From: an uncultured Bacilli bacterium
GTDB lineage: Bacteria > Bacillota_I > Bacilli_A > RF39 > UBA660
DNA: 49,084 bases
NCBI GenBank assembly: GCA_910585335.1
Contig: CAJUCU010000001.1
Coordinates: 107,888 to 156,971 of the forward strand
Reading direction: 5' to 3'
Made by a program: the position numbers and the translations under genes. A model generated the notes under the pieces. The model did not search any database and was not told the DNA's origin. It saw nothing but the letters and a program-made list of their open reading frames with translations. This document shows, in pieces, positions 20,249 through 29,694 of the stretch. Positions within the stretch are counted from its first letter, which is position 1, and the number at the start of each line of letters is the position of its first letter.

Positions 20249-21471
20249 TTTCCTTTTAGTTTCTCATGAAGTTTAGAAATTAAACCAAAGCGATACTTTT
20301 TCTTTTCTTTAATTGCACGTTCATAGACTTCTAGAACTTGATTGGCATAATGATTGGTTCCACAGTGTTCTGCTTGAATTCTTGCCTGTTTGGCGAAGTA
20401 AGTTCTTTTGGTCTTATCATTATATAGTTCTAACAATTGACTTCTATATTCTTCTTCTGTTTCGAAGAATTTACCATTCAAGTCATCTGTCATCATTGAA
20501 ATAAATGATTCATCTTTTATACATAACGGCACTAAGCCTGATGTCATCGCCTCAATCACGGTTAAACCTTGTGTTTCTGTATGAGAAGCGGTTGCAAATA
20601 CATCTCCACAGTGATAATAATACGGAATATCCTCCCAAGCCACTTTATTGGTAAACAGAATATTTTGGGTTAGCTTTTCTTTTTTTACGTATGATTCATA
20701 TTCTTCTTTATCAGGACCATCTCCTACAATCAATAATTTGATATTGGGATGTTTTTTCACTAGTTCTTTTTGTGATTTTAATAAAAATTCTATATTTTTT
20801 TCTTGGGCAAGACGTCCTACAAATACAATAACAAAATCTTTCTTTGTTAACCCTAAATGTTTTTTTAACTCTTGTATTTTTCTAATATTTATATTTTCTT
20901 TGAAAAAGCGTTCCACTTCAATTCCAGTAGGAATAATATGTACATTTTTCTCAAACTTGTATTTTTCTTTAAATAATTTATATGTCTTATTGGTAGGGAC
21001 GATTAATTCTGTGGCTGTTGTTTCACAATAAAATTTGGTGAAGTATTCGACTAGCTTCTTGCTAGACTTTTGAAAATATCCTTTGGTTATATAGTGAATG
21101 TAGTCTTCATACATCGTATGATAGGTATGTACTAAAGGAATATTATACTGTTTGGCAAAAAGACGTGCGAATGTTCCGATGGCAAATTCTGTTTGTGAAT
21201 GAATCACATCTAGGTTCCAGCTTTTAATTTTGTTTACTGCTGCAATTGGATAGATACTCGTTAGACGTGAATCATAAATTCCTGTAGGAATTCCTGGGAT
21301 TCTTAGCACTCGTTCTTCTTCGTTGTACTCATATTTAAAATCTGTTAAGTTTGCTGTTACAACATAGACTGTATGTCCTTTTTTTTCTAGGGCTTTTTTC
21401 AACATCAACTCACTTGTTACTAGTCCACTGATATATGGCGTGTATGTTTCAGAAAAAATTCCTATTCGCAT
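20245..21471 (-). CDS. GT4-family glycosyltransferase, diacylglycerol glycosyltransferase-like
   Basis: 408 aa with MRIGIFSETYTPYISGLV.. at the N-terminus and the EX7E-type region HTETQGLTVIEAM. It resembles membrane glycolipid synthases of Firmicutes/Acholeplasma. Confidence 0.75.
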   Translation of the reverse strand: MRIGIFSETYTPYISGLVTSELMLKKALEKKGHTVYVVTANLTDFKYEYNEEERVLRIPGIPTGIYDSRLTSIYPIAAVNKIKSWNLDVIHSQTEFAIGTFARLFAKQYNIPLVHTYHTMYEDYIHYITKGYFQKSSKKLVEYFTKFYCETTATELIVPTNKTYKLFKEKYKFEKNVHIIPTGIEVERFFKENINIRKIQELKKHLGLTKKDFVIVFVGRLAQEKNIEFLLKSQKELVKKHPNIKLLIVGDGPDKEEYESYVKKEKLTQNILFTNKVAWEDIPYYYHCGDVFATASHTETQGLTVIEAMTSGLVPLCIKDESFISMMTDDLNGKFFETEEEYRSQLLELYNDKTKRTYFAKQARIQAEHCGTNHYANQVLEVYERAIKEKKKYRFGLISKLHEKLKGK

Positions 21472-22484
21472 TATTTTTTCCTCCCTTCGTCAATATTAAA
21501 GACAATAGCACCAACAATCATTGGTAAATAATAAGTAATGAATCTCCAAACTAGCAAAACTGCACTCGTTATACCACTTGAGAGAAAAGCATGGAAGAAA
21601 CTTAGAAAGCCGTATTCAATTCCTCCACTGGCCCCTGGTATTGGTACAAAGGATCCCATAATTAGGACATAGGCAGAAGTTACCATAGACTCTGTTATTG
21701 TTAGACTGTTAAAATCCCCAAGTGAGTAGACAATAAAAAGAGGGACTAGGTAGAAGCACGCTAGACTTAACAGATTTAGCAGTATCCCTGTTATAGCCAG
21801 TATCTTTTTTTGTTTTAACTCTTGGGTACTTTTATGAAATTCTGTAATTCGATCTTTCCAGTGTTCTTTGGTTTCTTCTTTATTTTTTATTAGTTTTAAT
21901 TTTGCTAGTATATTTATGGCATGATATACAATATAACTGGTTACTTTTTTAGAAAAGGCTAAGATAAATAGGAATACTGCTACTAATGTATTTACTAAAA
22001 AACCTAATAAAACTAGATTTCTTAAAATGGGACTATCTGGGAAAAGATGAAATTTTGCATTGTATATAACGGCAAATAGTCCAAATAACACTAGGGCAAC
22101 TTGATAGAAAATAAAGTTTTGTATAATGAAGTTTGTCCCTCTACTAATACGGATACCATGCTCTTTTAGCATATAGACTTCCATTGGTTGTCCGCCTGTT
22201 GAGAATGGGGTAATACCATTAAAGAACTGAACAATGACATTATGCTTGATTGCTTCTGTTAATGAATATTTTTCTTTTTCATTTACCACTTTGTAAGAGA
22301 CGATTCCTTTTAAAACGATGGATAAAGCAAATACGAAAACTGCTAGAAGTAAATATGTAAAGTCCATGTTTTTTAAAGCATCTACTGTACTTGCAAAATC
22401 TTCTTTTAGGACTAATACTAATACTAGCAATGTAATGAACAATATTAAGATTGTATTTTTTCGTATGTTTTTTACTATTTCCAT
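21471..22484 (-). CDS. UPF0104 / lysyl-phosphatidylglycerol-synthase-TM-like (flippase-like) membrane protein
   Basis: 337 aa with about 8 TM segments and a PIPGASGGIEYGF motif typical of this family. Confidence 0.7.
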   Translation of the reverse strand: MEIVKNIRKNTILILFITLLVLVLVLKEDFASTVDALKNMDFTYLLLAVFVFALSIVLKGIVSYKVVNEKEKYSLTEAIKHNVIVQFFNGITPFSTGGQPMEVYMLKEHGIRISRGTNFIIQNFIFYQVALVLFGLFAVIYNAKFHLFPDSPILRNLVLLGFLVNTLVAVFLFILAFSKKVTSYIVYHAINILAKLKLIKNKEETKEHWKDRITEFHKSTQELKQKKILAITGILLNLLSLACFYLVPLFIVYSLGDFNSLTITESMVTSAYVLIMGSFVPIPGASGGIEYGFLSFFHAFLSSGITSAVLLVWRFITYYLPMIVGAIVFNIDEGRKK

Positions 22485-22924
22485 TTTGTCGCTTCGCTTT
22501 CTTTTATTATTGGTTTATCCTTTACAAATGTTTCCATTTTTTCTTCTTCGCCTAAATATTCATAACCTAAGTTATTTAAGGTATGAATCATACTTTTATC
22601 TTCTTTTTCTGCAAAAACAAAGGATTCCGCCATATCCATTATTTCTAGGGCATACTCTGTGGCTAGCATTACCATTTTTCTAGGCCCTTCTTTTTTTAAT
22701 TTAGGAAAAGATAGGATACAGCTTCTAATATCACTATTTGCCTCAATATAACAACTATCTACTACATCAAAATCTTTTAGTAAATATAAGTTTTCTGTTT
22801 TGGTTCCGTAGTTTTTACTAATGCTTGTTTCTACTAGTGGGTGCTCTTGCTCAAAGGCTAAGACTGCATTTAACTCTAATAATGCACTCGTTGGCTTTCC
22901 GACCAATATCTTTTCTTTACTCAT
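22475..22924 (-). CDS. Hypothetical protein, possibly a degenerate GNAT fold
   Basis: 149 aa. A C-terminal pattern (MLATEYALEIMDMAESFVFAEKEDKSMIHTLNNLGYEYLG) resembles the GNAT core, but I see no clear acetyl-CoA loop. It overlaps the downstream gene by 10 nt. Confidence 0.45.
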   Translation of the reverse strand: MSKEKILVGKPTSALLELNAVLAFEQEHPLVETSISKNYGTKTENLYLLKDFDVVDSCYIEANSDIRSCILSFPKLKKEGPRKMVMLATEYALEIMDMAESFVFAEKEDKSMIHTLNNLGYEYLGEEEKMETFVKDKPIIKESEATKWK

Positions 22925-22932
22925 ATTTCCCC

Positions 22933-24111
22933 CTATTTGATTGCATCTATTCCTGGCAATACTTTTCCTTCTAAATATTCAAGAGTTGCTCCTCCACCTG
23001 TTGAAATGTGATAGATTTTATCCTCCACTTTAGCTGCGGTTGCAGCGGCTACAATATCTCCTCCAGCTAGAATCGTTTTTATATCATTTTTTGCTAAATA
23101 TTTTAAGACTTTATCTGTCCCTATTTTATAGTTTTCTAACTCATAGACTCCAAGAGGACCATTCCAAAGTACCAGTTTGGCATCCTTTAAGTGATTTTTA
23201 AATATTTCTACAGTTGATGGTCCAATATCTAGGCCCATGTCATTAAAATCTAACTCATCAATATCTTTTTCTTCAACTTTGGTATTGTCACTAAATTCAC
23301 TTGTTACTCTAAAATCTACTGGTAAAATAATTTTATCTGGATATTTTTTTGTCATTTTTTCACAAAAGGATAGATGTTCATTGTCACAGATAGAATTTCC
23401 AATTTCATAACCTTCGGCTTTTAGAAAAGTAAATGCCATTCCACCACCAATTAAAATTTTATCTGCCTTTTCTACTATATTTTCTATCACGCCAATTTTG
23501 TCACCAACTTTTGACCCTCCTAAAATAACGATAAATGGTTTATCAGGACAATTTAATTCCTCTAAAGCGGTTAATTCTTTTTCTATTAAAAAACCAATAC
23601 CGCTTGTTTTTATATTAGATGATATTCCTACATTAGAAGCATGAGAGCGATGTGCAGTTCCAAAAGCATCATTGATAAAAATATCTCCTAGACTAGCCCA
23701 ATAAGCACCTAATGCCTTATCGTTTCCACTTTCTTTTTTGCCATCTATGTCTTCAAATCTTGTATTTTCTAGCAGTAAAACCTCGCCTGCTTTTAAATTT
23801 TTTACTCCATTTTCTACTTCTTCCCCTCTAGTTTGCGGAATAAAAGTTACCTTTTCATTTAAAAGTTTTTCTAACTCTTTGGCAACTGGCTTTAATGATT
23901 TATCTTTCTTATCCTCTTCTGTTGTTACACGACCTAAATGAGAAAGTAAAATAGTTTTTGCTTGCTGTTTGATACAATACTTTATCGTTTCCAAACTTTT
24001 TACAATACGGGTATTATCAATAATTTTTCCATTTTTTAATGGGACATTAAAATCACACCGTATGATTACTACTTTGTTTTTGATATCAATATTTTTTAAG
24101 CATTTATTCAT
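22933..24111 (-). CDS. pgk: Phosphoglycerate kinase
   Basis: 392 aa with RCDFNVP, NDAFGTAHR and GGGDTA-like (AGGDIVAA, STGGGATLEYLEG) regions. Confidence 0.95.
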   Translation of the reverse strand: MNKCLKNIDIKNKVVIIRCDFNVPLKNGKIIDNTRIVKSLETIKYCIKQQAKTILLSHLGRVTTEEDKKDKSLKPVAKELEKLLNEKVTFIPQTRGEEVENGVKNLKAGEVLLLENTRFEDIDGKKESGNDKALGAYWASLGDIFINDAFGTAHRSHASNVGISSNIKTSGIGFLIEKELTALEELNCPDKPFIVILGGSKVGDKIGVIENIVEKADKILIGGGMAFTFLKAEGYEIGNSICDNEHLSFCEKMTKKYPDKIILPVDFRVTSEFSDNTKVEEKDIDELDFNDMGLDIGPSTVEIFKNHLKDAKLVLWNGPLGVYELENYKIGTDKVLKYLAKNDIKTILAGGDIVAAATAAKVEDKIYHISTGGGATLEYLEGKVLPGIDAIK

Positions 24112-24194
24112 TTTAAATCCTCCATTTTCTTTTTTTATTATACCATTATTTACTCTATTTGAAACAATAAATTTCTAATGAAAAAAGAATACTT

Positions 24195-25070
24195 TTATAG
24201 TATCCTTCTTCCTTCAGTATGTTCTAGAGGTGCCCTTTCTATTGGTTCACTTTCTCCTTCCGATAATTTTTGTCTAAATTCCATTTGTTCTTGTTCTGAC
24301 ATATCACTATATCCATATTTTTCTTCTAGGTCTCTTATCATTCTTTCTTCTTCACTTTCATTTGAAGTAATAGATGGATTTATCCCTTCTGATATTGGTT
24401 CTAAAAATCCACTAGCAGAGTATGCATTCTCTTGGTTTTGTACCTCAAATTGTTTTTGTTCTCCTTTTAATATACTCATATAGTAGCTTTCTAAATATTC
24501 TAATTGCATGGAACAATATTCATGCATATTGCTATCTATTTCTTTATTTTCCAATTTTTGGGATAAATTTTCTTCCCAATTTTCTATCTTTTCTTCTATA
24601 CAATTTATATTATCTCCAATATCTGCCAATTCAAAACTTTCACTTTGGCTGAATACTTTTTTGATTTGTGGTAATTGGTCCTTTGCATTTTCACCCATAA
24701 TCTTTTTGAATAAGGGATTGCCACGTATTTCATGGTACTTTCTCTTTTGTTCTTTTAATCCAAGACTTTCACTTAATATTTGTGAATCATATACTAAGTC
24801 TCTAAGTTTTTCTGGGCTAAAGACTAATTGGGGCTTATTTTCGTCAGATAAAAAATTTATCATATCTATATAGAAAGCATCAAGTCCTTTTTCCATTATA
24901 TCATCATATGGGAAAATCACTCTGGAAAAATCATCTATTAAAGTTAAAGCTGTATTACGAAGATGGAAGTAATTGAGTCTTTCTGCTCCTATGGTTTCCA
25001 TCGACTTTTTATCAAATTCTCTAGAAGCCTCTATTATCTTTAATAATTCATATAAAGACTTTGTCATCAT
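24195..25070 (-). CDS. Hypothetical acidic protein
   Basis: About 291 aa. The track start at 25076 is a GTG inside the SD. The ATG at 25070 follows GAGAGGTGA. The protein is E/D/S/Q-rich with no recognisable domain. Confidence 0.6.
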   Translation of the reverse strand: MMTKSLYELLKIIEASREFDKKSMETIGAERLNYFHLRNTALTLIDDFSRVIFPYDDIMEKGLDAFYIDMINFLSDENKPQLVFSPEKLRDLVYDSQILSESLGLKEQKRKYHEIRGNPLFKKIMGENAKDQLPQIKKVFSQSESFELADIGDNINCIEEKIENWEENLSQKLENKEIDSNMHEYCSMQLEYLESYYMSILKGEQKQFEVQNQENAYSASGFLEPISEGINPSITSNESEEERMIRDLEEKYGYSDMSEQEQMEFRQKLSEGESEPIERAPLEHTEGRRIL

Positions 25071-25140
25071 TTTCACCTCTCACTATTTAGTATAGCATAT
25101 ATTAATGCTTTAAGATAGTAAAAGTATCTCTTGTATACTT

Positions 25141-26154
25141 TTATTTTACACTAATATCAGATAAGTATTTTGCAGTACGCACCATTTGGGCAGTATAGCT
25201 CATTTCATTATCGTACCATGCTACTACTTTCACTAATTGGCGACCCTCTACTTCTAGAACGCTGGTAGAAAGCCCATCTACAAGACCTCCGAAATGGGAA
25301 CCAATGATATCACTTGATACAATTGGATCTTCTGTATAACCTAAAGTTTCATTGGCATTTTCTTTTAATGCTTGATTGATTTCTTCTTTTTCTACATTCT
25401 TTTTTAGTTCTAACACTAGGTCAATTACAGATCCTGTGGCTACTGGGACACGCATGGCAGTTCCATCTAGACGACCGTCTAAATCTTTTAGTACTTTTCC
25501 GATTGCACTAGCCGCTCCTGTTGATGCTGGAATGATATTTGCTGCTGCAGCACGACCACGACGCGCACGGATTCCTTTTTTATGAGGAACATCTAGCGTT
25601 GCTTGATCATTGGTATAAGCATGTACTGTAGTCATATACCCTTTTTCAATTCCAAATTCATTGTGAATAACATTTAAAACGGGAGCGAGACAGTTTGTAG
25701 TACAACTAGCTGCTGAAATGATTTCTTCCTCTCCAGTTAAGTCTTTCTCATTTACATTATATATAATCGTTTTTAAATCTCCTTTTGCTGGTGCTGAAAT
25801 AACAACCTTCTTGGCTCCTGCTTCAATATGAGCTTGTGCCTTTTCTTTCTCTGTGAACTTTCCAGTACATTCCATTACGACATCAATATCTAAATCTTTC
25901 CAAGGTAAATTTTTAGGGTCTAATTCTGCATATACTTTTACCTTTCTTCCTCCAATTAGAATAGAGTCGTTTTCATTTGTGATTTCTTCTACTCTATAAT
26001 TACGATGATTCGTATCATACTTTAACAAATACGCAAGTTGCTCTGCATCTGTTAAATCATTGATAGCTACTACTTCAAAGTCATTACTTTCTTCCATTAG
26101 GCGAAAAACAAGTCGTCCAATTCTTCCAAATCCATTGATTGCTACTTTTATCAT
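25141..26154 (-). CDS. gap: Glyceraldehyde-3-phosphate dehydrogenase
   Basis: 337 aa with INGFGRIGR and the SCTTNCLAP active site. Confidence 0.96.
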   Translation of the reverse strand: MIKVAINGFGRIGRLVFRLMEESNDFEVVAINDLTDAEQLAYLLKYDTNHRNYRVEEITNENDSILIGGRKVKVYAELDPKNLPWKDLDIDVVMECTGKFTEKEKAQAHIEAGAKKVVISAPAKGDLKTIIYNVNEKDLTGEEEIISAASCTTNCLAPVLNVIHNEFGIEKGYMTTVHAYTNDQATLDVPHKKGIRARRGRAAAANIIPASTGAASAIGKVLKDLDGRLDGTAMRVPVATGSVIDLVLELKKNVEKEEINQALKENANETLGYTEDPIVSSDIIGSHFGGLVDGLSTSVLEVEGRQLVKVVAWYDNEMSYTAQMVRTAKYLSDISVK

Positions 26155-26175
26155 TTTTTCTTCCTCCTTATTTTC

Positions 26176-26204
26176 ATTATATAGTTTTCCACAACCTCAT
26201 GCAA
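26176..26204 (-). promoter_or_regulatory. gap promoter TTGCAT-N17-TATAAT
   Basis: On the minus strand, TTGCAT (26204-26199), a 17-nt spacer, then TATAAT (26181-26176). It lies about 20 nt upstream of the AAGGAGGAAG SD. Confidence 0.6.
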
Positions 26205-26268
26205 TATATTCTATCTATTTTGACAGTTTTATCCTGTAAAGAAAAAATATCCACAGTTTTTGTGAATA

Positions 26269-27921
26269 TTAATCATGGAAACAACTACCACCAATAAATT
26301 CTCTTAAAATAGAATCCTGTGGAATACTCTCTGATGGAATTGGTAAAAATAGATGTAAGAAATTGATTAGTCTTTTCGCTTCTTCGTAATATTCTGAATT
26401 CACATCAACTGAATATAATAATGGTTCTACGTAGGTTTTTAATACACCTAGTTCATAGATTAAGGCAGTATTATAAACTACATCGGCATCATCTTGATAT
26501 GGGAAAATATATTTTTCTTCTCCCCGTCTTACTGAAGGCCAACTTCTAAGTGTTGCTTCTACATTATAGCCTCTAGTACGATTATCACGAATCATTCGGC
26601 GGAGCAGTCTATTGTCAGTCGTTGAAATTCTATTATGGTCATCCATATTTAATTCTGTTAGAGCAGATAAATAAATTTTATATTTTTTCGCCCTGTCAAT
26701 ATTGGTTAAAATATGCGGATCTAGTCCATGAATTCCTTCAATTAGAATGATATCTTTTTCACCTACTTGAAGTTTTTTCTTGTATTCTTTTTTTCCAAGT
26801 AAAAAGTTGTAAGTTGGTACTAGGACTTCTTCTTTTGCAATCAGTCTTGCGATATGATCATTGAACAGATTCAAATCAATTGCTTCTAAACATTCATAAT
26901 CTGGTTTTCCATCCTCACCAATTGGATTTTCATCTTTTTCCACAAAATAATCATCCATTGAAATTACTTTCGGTCTTTTTCCTAAACTTTGTAGATACAT
27001 ACATAATTTTCTTGTTGTAGTTGTCTTTCCAGACGAAGAAGGTCCTGCTAAAAGTACTATTTTTACTTCTTCTTTTTTTACTATTTCTCTTGCGATTTCT
27101 AAAAGTCTGTTACTTGTAATCATTTCATTCATTCGGATTAAATCACTAATTTTACCTGTTGATACCATATCATTTAGTTCAGGGGCATTTCTCACATTCA
27201 TCATTTTCGCCCATGTTCTACACTCTTTAAAAATATCAAACATATGAGGATGATGTTCATAATCTTTTATTTTATCATTAATATAAACGGTTGGAAAACG
27301 TAGGACAAAACCAAATTCATTTATATAAGTTAAATCAAAGTCCTTAATATATTGTGTTGAAGTTGGCATAAAGTAATAGAAATAGTTGTAAAGATTTCCT
27401 AGACGATATAAATTCACGTAAGAATTGGTATTATACTTCATTACCCCCACTTTTGAGGTATCTCCTACTTGTTCAAAATAGTTAATAGCATCCATTCTAT
27501 CTACATGAACTTCACTAATGTTTAAATCTTTTTCCACAAGAGAATGCATTTTTTCTTTGATTTCCCTGATGATTTGTTCTGATATTTCGAAATCTACTTC
27601 TACATAGATTCCTTTATCTATAGAATGTTGAATTCTCATATTTTGATTTTGACCATATAGTTCTTTAATGGCATATTGTAACATGAATTTAAGACCATTG
27701 ACATGTACTTTATTTCCTTCACGAGATGTTAAATCTAAGAATTCAATTTTTGCTGGTTCTAAGATTTTCGTTGTTAACTCTTTTAGAATACCATCCACTC
27801 TAGCTAGTAAAATAGGATAACGAAAATGATCTTGTTCTAGTTTGGCTAGTTCTTCTAATGTCATTTCTTTTGGTACTTCTTTTTTTTGATTGTTGATTAT
27901 TATTTCTATATTTTCTATCAT
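26269..27921 (-). CDS. Uridine-kinase/PRK-family nucleoside kinase with a long N-terminal TGS/ThrRS-like extension
   Basis: P-loop GPSSSGKTTT at about residue 300 of 550. This long form is seen in Clostridia-type genomes. The ATG at 27921 follows AAGGGTG, and the track start at 27930 is a GTG. Confidence 0.7.
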   Translation of the reverse strand: MIENIEIIINNQKKEVPKEMTLEELAKLEQDHFRYPILLARVDGILKELTTKILEPAKIEFLDLTSREGNKVHVNGLKFMLQYAIKELYGQNQNMRIQHSIDKGIYVEVDFEISEQIIREIKEKMHSLVEKDLNISEVHVDRMDAINYFEQVGDTSKVGVMKYNTNSYVNLYRLGNLYNYFYYFMPTSTQYIKDFDLTYINEFGFVLRFPTVYINDKIKDYEHHPHMFDIFKECRTWAKMMNVRNAPELNDMVSTGKISDLIRMNEMITSNRLLEIAREIVKKEEVKIVLLAGPSSSGKTTTTRKLCMYLQSLGKRPKVISMDDYFVEKDENPIGEDGKPDYECLEAIDLNLFNDHIARLIAKEEVLVPTYNFLLGKKEYKKKLQVGEKDIILIEGIHGLDPHILTNIDRAKKYKIYLSALTELNMDDHNRISTTDNRLLRRMIRDNRTRGYNVEATLRSWPSVRRGEEKYIFPYQDDADVVYNTALIYELGVLKTYVEPLLYSVDVNSEYYEEAKRLINFLHLFLPIPSESIPQDSILREFIGGSCFHD

Positions 27922-28034
27922 ATGACACACCCTTTTTCTATTCTACTTTCCTATTGTATCACATTTTGACGAAAGAGAATATGCATATTTTAATTTTATC
28001 GTGTCTATAATATGTTTAAGAGAGGGTGAATAAA

Positions 28035-28616
28035 ATGAGTTTAGTGCCAGTTGTTGTTGAAAAAGATATCAATGGAGAACGTAGTTACGATATTTTTTCT
28101 CGTCTTTTAAAAGAAAGGATTATTATGCTCAGTGGTGAAATTAATGACCAGATGGCAAATAGTATTATTGCCCAACTTCTATATTTAGATTCTATTAATC
28201 ATGACGATATTAGTATCTATATCAACTCGCCTGGTGGTGTCATTACGTCTGGTATGGCAATTTATGATACTATGCAGTTTATAAAAAGTGATGTTACTAC
28301 TATTTGTGTTGGAATGGCTGCTTCTATGGCCTCTTTCTTACTTGCTAGTGGTACAAAAGGAAAACGTTTTGCGCTACCGAATTCTGAGGTTATGATTCAT
28401 CAACCTTTGGGTGGTGCACAAGGGCAGGCCACTGAAATTAAAATTGCTGCTGAACACATCCTAAAACTTAAAGATAAATTAAATCGTCTACTTTCTAAAA
28501 AAACTGGCAAAGATTTAGAAACAATTGAACACGATACAGAAAGAGATAATTTTATGGATGCTGAAGAAGCTTTAGCATATGGTCTAGTTGATAAAATCGT
28601 AGAAAGTACAAATTAA
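28035..28616 (+). CDS. clpP: ATP-dependent Clp protease proteolytic subunit
   Basis: [25 protein letters not shown], with catalytic GMAASMAS and MIHQP. The ATG at 28035 follows AGAGGGTG. This is the only plus-strand gene in the window. Confidence 0.95.
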   Translation: MSLVPVVVEKDINGERSYDIFSRLLKERIIMLSGEINDQMANSIIAQLLYLDSINHDDISIYINSPGGVITSGMAIYDTMQFIKSDVTTICVGMAASMASFLLASGTKGKRFALPNSEVMIHQPLGGAQGQATEIKIAAEHILKLKDKLNRLLSKKTGKDLETIEHDTERDNFMDAEEALAYGLVDKIVESTN

Positions 28617-28660
28617 AACTCTATTTTCAAGTAAATGATTACTTTTTATAGAGTTTTTTT
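28616..28660. terminator. Bidirectional intrinsic terminator between the convergent clpP and Rpn-like genes
   Basis: Outer stem AAACTCTAT (28616-24) pairs with ATAGAGTTT (28648-56). Inner stem AAGTAA (28629-34) pairs with TTACTT (28639-44) around a 4-nt loop. A T-run follows on the + strand and an A-run precedes the stem. Confidence 0.65.
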
Positions 28661-28661
28661 A

Positions 28662-29546
28662 TTATAAACTTTCTATTTCTTTTATAGATAAACCTGTGCA
28701 GGAAGAAATAAGATCTATTTCTATATTTTTCTCTAACATATTTTTAGCAATTTCTATTTTCTCCTTTTGTATCCCTTCTTCTCTGGCATGTCTTATTCTG
28801 TGATACTCCATCGCTTCATCATATAACTCTTTATCATATAGACCAATCACTTCTTCTTTCGTACTTGTCTTTTTTGACTCTTTTACATACTCTTCCATTA
28901 TTTCATGCCCCTCCATTATTTCACTTAACTCTTTGCTTTCTTGTTCATTAAATACAAGTAGCAATTTTTCTATTTCACTTAAATTACTCTTATTATAGTA
29001 TTTTTCTCTGATTTTGGGCAAGTAAAAATAGAGGATTCTTATTTTGTCTGTTAAAATATTGCCATTTTTATCTCGTAAGAAATACTCTTCTTCACAGGAT
29101 TCATTTCCTTCGAAAGTAAAGTTTGTAATATTAATCTGTAAGACTTTCTGATAACGATAGTCACTTCCTCTAAACATCTTACTTTTATATAAGTCTGCAG
29201 CATAAGAGATATTTCTCTCTAAGCCTTCTACTTCCATATTATTATTTAACTCGATATTATAAATATCATCATCTAATTTACAAACTAAGTCTACGGTCTT
29301 TTTAGAATGGTGATAGTTTTCTTTATCTAGTTCTTGTTTTACGAAGTGAATGTTTTCCATAATTTGATTCATATCTTTTTCTAGAATAAGAGAGAGCATG
29401 TAACATAGATATTTCTTTCGTGATTCATTATTTAACATGGTTTCAAACATGGTAGTAGAGACTAATGGAATGCGTTCTCCTTCTTTTAACTTTCTTAACT
29501 GGTAACTATTTTTTCTGCTGATTTTTCTTTTTAATAATGGTTGCAT
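28662..29546 (-). CDS. Rpn/YhgA-like PD-(D/E)XK nuclease family protein (transposase_31-like)
   Basis: About 294 aa. It has a VDLVCKLDDDIYNIELN core and the family-typical C-terminal tail ..IAKNMLEKNIEIDLISSCTGLSIKEIESL. The ATG at 29546 follows AAAGGAGGTG. Confidence 0.6.
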   Translation of the reverse strand: MQPLLKRKISRKNSYQLRKLKEGERIPLVSTTMFETMLNNESRKKYLCYMLSLILEKDMNQIMENIHFVKQELDKENYHHSKKTVDLVCKLDDDIYNIELNNNMEVEGLERNISYAADLYKSKMFRGSDYRYQKVLQINITNFTFEGNESCEEEYFLRDKNGNILTDKIRILYFYLPKIREKYYNKSNLSEIEKLLLVFNEQESKELSEIMEGHEIMEEYVKESKKTSTKEEVIGLYDKELYDEAMEYHRIRHAREEGIQKEKIEIAKNMLEKNIEIDLISSCTGLSIKEIESL

Positions 29547-29627
29547 TGAAAGCACCTCCTTTTCTTTTCCCCGATGATACACTGATTTTTAATCTTTGTA
29601 AAATGGCTATTTTTTCAAATTTGGGCA

Positions 29628-29657
29628 AGAAAAAAGAACAAAATCATCATTTGTTCT
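29628..29657 (-). terminator. Intrinsic terminator after whiA
   Basis: The minus strand reads AGAACAAA-TGATGAT-TTTGTTCT followed by TTTTTTC. That is an 8-bp stem (29635-42 / 29650-57) with a 7-nt loop. Confidence 0.6.
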
Positions 29658-29694
29658 ACTGTTTTTTCTATTTACTGTGATTTTTGTCTTTATT

